From Torpedo marmorata (lineage: Eukaryota): DNA of 64,000 nucleotides. Below, one piece after another: positions 61,358-64,000 of the stretch (position 1 is the first letter of the stretch; every line of letters begins with the position of its first letter). A model generated the notes under the pieces. The model was not told the origin of the DNA and did no database searches. It worked only from the letters and a program-made list of their open reading frames with translations. Made by a program: the position numbers and the translations under genes. The stretch spans positions 5,890,001 to 5,954,000 of the forward strand of contig OZ360238.1 of the NCBI GenBank assembly GCA_977017645.1. Direction: 5' to 3'.

Positions 61358-62176
61358 GATGTCAAAATACCGTCGCTGTCGGAGCTGCTGTAACGGCAGC
61401 GCTGCCGCTGGAGCAGACCCATGGAGAGCAGGGAGTGGAGACACAGTGCTCCCGCAGGGTCCAACCGCCCAGTCCCACTGCTGTCGTCTCTGTACAGGCT
61501 TTAAATGGCCGACCGTGGGGTCTGGGCCCAAGATGGCGGCGCCTATGATCGGCAGCAGCCACGAGGGGTTGCAGACACCGGGGAATCAGAGGACTGACGC
61601 AGGGCACCAGAAAACGGGGAGAACACCTCCCGTTTGAGATGGAGAAGCAGAGGAGATGATCCACCAGACGGTGACCATGGCAGCGGGACCACTGAGCGGC
61701 TCTGAGGCTGAAGAACACACAGGTGGTGGGCTGTTGGTGACTCGAGGCGAGGAACCTACGCAGGCTGCGGGCTGCAGGCGACTGCGGTCAAAGGATTCAC
61801 ACCAGGCTGCGGACTACTGGAGACTGACTCGAAACTGGCTGAAGGGGTACCAGGTATTGGAACCCGGATGCGAGAGAGTGCCGAGGGTGTTGAAGGGTTC
61901 CTGATCGTGTCAGAGGTTCGGATCTGGAGCTCGGGTTTCCGATGGTGTGGACTGGACTCTGTGTGGCTGTGGGGGCTGCGGGAGCACTGGAGGTGAATCC
62001 ATGGACACTCAGTGACTCAGAGGGGACTCTCTTTTGCTTCTCTTTCTCTGACTGTAAGAGGCGTCTGGCAATTTCTGCTGATGGCGTATCTGTCTGCCTT
62101 ATGGCAGATTAAAGCAAATTTTGTGTAATATTACATGGCTTTTATTACATGACGATAAAGGAATCTTGAATCTTGA
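61358..62176 (+). mobile_element. Putative non-autonomous LINE-dependent element (~820 bp)
   Basis: CpG-rich body with CAAGATGGCGGC and no recognisable protein motif. The 3' end CATGACGATAAA-GGAATCTTGAATCTTGA resembles the Rex1-type tail at ~59927-59957. It interrupts a G-rich degenerate repeat. Confidence 0.55.
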
Positions 62177-62624
62177 GATGGACCATGTGCAGGGAGTTTG
62201 TGTGTGGTGAGATAGACTGTGTGTTGGGAGGGCGGTGGTAGAGAGTCGGTGGGTGGTGAGGTGTTGTGGGGAGAAGGGCCGTGTGTAGGGAACAAGTGTG
62301 TGGAAATGGACTGTTTGCAGGGGGTGTGGGGGAGATGAACCGTGTATAGGGAGGGGGGGTGGGCGAGAAGGACTGGGCAAAGAGGGAGGTGGGGTGTGAT
62401 CGACTGTGTTTAGGGAGGGGTGCGGAGGGAGATGGTCCGTGTGTGGGGAAGGTGGGAGATGGACTGTGTGTAGGCTGGGGTTTTGGGAAGAGGTGGACTG
62501 TGTCGGGACAGGGTGAGGGGAGGTGGGCTGTGTGTAGGAAGTGGGTTTGGGGGCAGATGAACCATGTGTCAGGAAGGGGAGGAGATGAACTATGTTTAGG
62601 GAGTGGGTGTGGCGGAGAAAGACC

Positions 62625-63225
62625 TTATGTAGATAGGATAGTTAAGAAGGCCTATGGGATGCTGGAATTCATTAATAGGGGGTAAAACACAAATGCTGGA
62701 GAAACTCAGCAGGTCAAACAGTGTCCTTTATATAGCAAAAGTAGAAATACATAACCGACGTTTCGGGCTTGAGCCCTTCATCGAAGTATGAGAAAATGCC
62801 GGCAGGCGTCCGAACAAATTATGATAGGGTGTGTTTTTTACTTCAACCACGGTGTCTGCAGATTTTCGTGTTTTACTTTCCTTTCATTAATAGGGGGATT
62901 GAGTTCAGGAGTAGAGAGGTCATGTTGCAACTCTACAAATCTCTGGTGAGACCACACTTAGAGTATTGTGTTCAGTTCTGGTCACCTCATTACAGGAAGG
63001 ATGTGGAAGTTATGGAGAGGGTGCAGAGGAGATTTACCAGGATGTTACCTGGATTGGAAAATAAGTCTTATGAGGCAAGGTTTGCAGAGTTGGGACTTTT
63101 TTCTTTGGAGCGTAGAAGGATGAGAGGAGACTTAATAGAGGTTTACAAGATTATGAGAGGCATAGATAGGGTGAACAGCCAGAGTTTGTTTCCCAGGGCA
63201 GGAATAGCAAACACCAGAGGACATA
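62625..63225 (+). mobile_element. CR1 3' fragment with a Penelope-like insert (62683-62882)
   Basis: CR1 peptide FINRGIEFRSREVMLQLYK.... The insert is flanked by a 15-bp duplication TTCATTAATAGGGGG (62668-62682 and 62883-62897) and carries minus-strand TCGATGA-AGGGCTCAAGCCC-GAAACGTC. Confidence 0.82.
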
Positions 63226-64000
63226 CCGTATATTTCGGCGTATAAGTCGAGTTTTGAAACCCTCAAAAATCTCTCAAAAAACAGGGGTCGACTTTTACGC
63301 CAGATATACTTTTGAGACCTTAAAATCAGCTCAAAAACCGCTCCACGCCGATTCGGCTTATAAGTCGACCCTTGAAAACTCAATTCGGCGTATAGGTCGA
63401 CCCTGGAAGCACCTCCCCACCGCCGGCACCGCCGCTCCCCGACACCTCCCCACTGCTGGGCGCTGCCATAAACCACCCAGACATTCTACAATTGTAGAGC
63501 CCGAGGTCCCCGCTCCTACCCGGGCGCCTGAGGTCGCCGCTCCTTGCCGGTAGGGTGAGGTTCCCGCTCCTGCCACGTAGTCCGAGTCCGTTCCCTCTCC
63601 TGCCAGGAGAACGAGGTCGCCGCTCCTGCCACGTAAGCCGAGGTCGCCGCTTCTGCTGAGGAGAACGAGGTCGCCGCTCCTGCTCGGGAGAACGAGGTCG
63701 CCGCTTCTGCCACGGAGGCCAAGGTTCCTGCTCCTGCCGAGAGAACAAGGTTGCTGCTCCTGCCCGGGAGATCGAGGTCGCCGCTCCTGCCCAGGAGAAT
63801 GAGGTCGCTGCTCCTGCCCGGGAGAACGAGGTCGCCGCTCCTGCTCGGGAGAACGAGGTCGCCACTTCTGCCACGGAGGCCAAGGTTCCTGCTCCTGCTG
63901 AGAGAACGAGGTCGCCGCTCCTGCCCGGGAGATCGAGGTCGCCGCTCCTGCCCGGGAGAACGAGGTCGCCGCTCCTGCTCGGGAGAACGAAGTCGCCACT
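63226..64000. mobile_element. Tc1/mariner-pogo type non-autonomous DNA transposon, one end only, with an internal 27-bp minisatellite (~63500-64000)
   Basis: TA|CCGTATATTTCGGCGTATAAGTCGA terminus interrupting CR1, repeated TATAAGTCGAC subterminal motifs, tandem GAGAACGAGGTCGCCGCTCCTGCCCGG units. The second TIR would be outside the window. Confidence 0.65.

Noticed and set aside
58190-64000. Next upstream slc38a8 exon (expected to end ...PTICFGFQ)
   Set aside because: Not found by eye on the minus strand. It probably lies beyond the window, though a short exon could have been missed.

Overview
This is eukaryotic vertebrate DNA, most likely from a cartilaginous fish (inferred from the HE1/V-SINE-type SINEs and the CR1, Rex1/Babar, L1 and Penelope-like repeats). 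Most of the window is nested transposable elements. One host gene is visible: the last five coding exons of an SLC38A8-like amino-acid transporter on the minus strand (58189-58075, 47218-47071, 44814-44615, 42901-42850, 35178-35073), which splice into one continuous frame. Main observations: (1) a ~4.9 kb array of ~100 x 48-bp repeats whose unit is the 3' end of an slc38a8 exon plus its splice donor, giving a tandem array of potential 5' splice sites with a frameshifting unit after the fifth; (2) a young Ty3/gypsy element with apparently identical LTRs, no tRNA primer-binding site, and a 12-nt perfect complement to its own LTR in that position (candidate self-priming); (3) a twin-primed 5'-inverted L1; (4) a non-autonomous hAT element expanded to 10.9 kb by nested insertions; (5) hammerhead-ribozyme-like motifs in Penelope-like fragments; (6) a composite MITE built from two smaller MITEs. 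All calls were made by eye and no database search was run.
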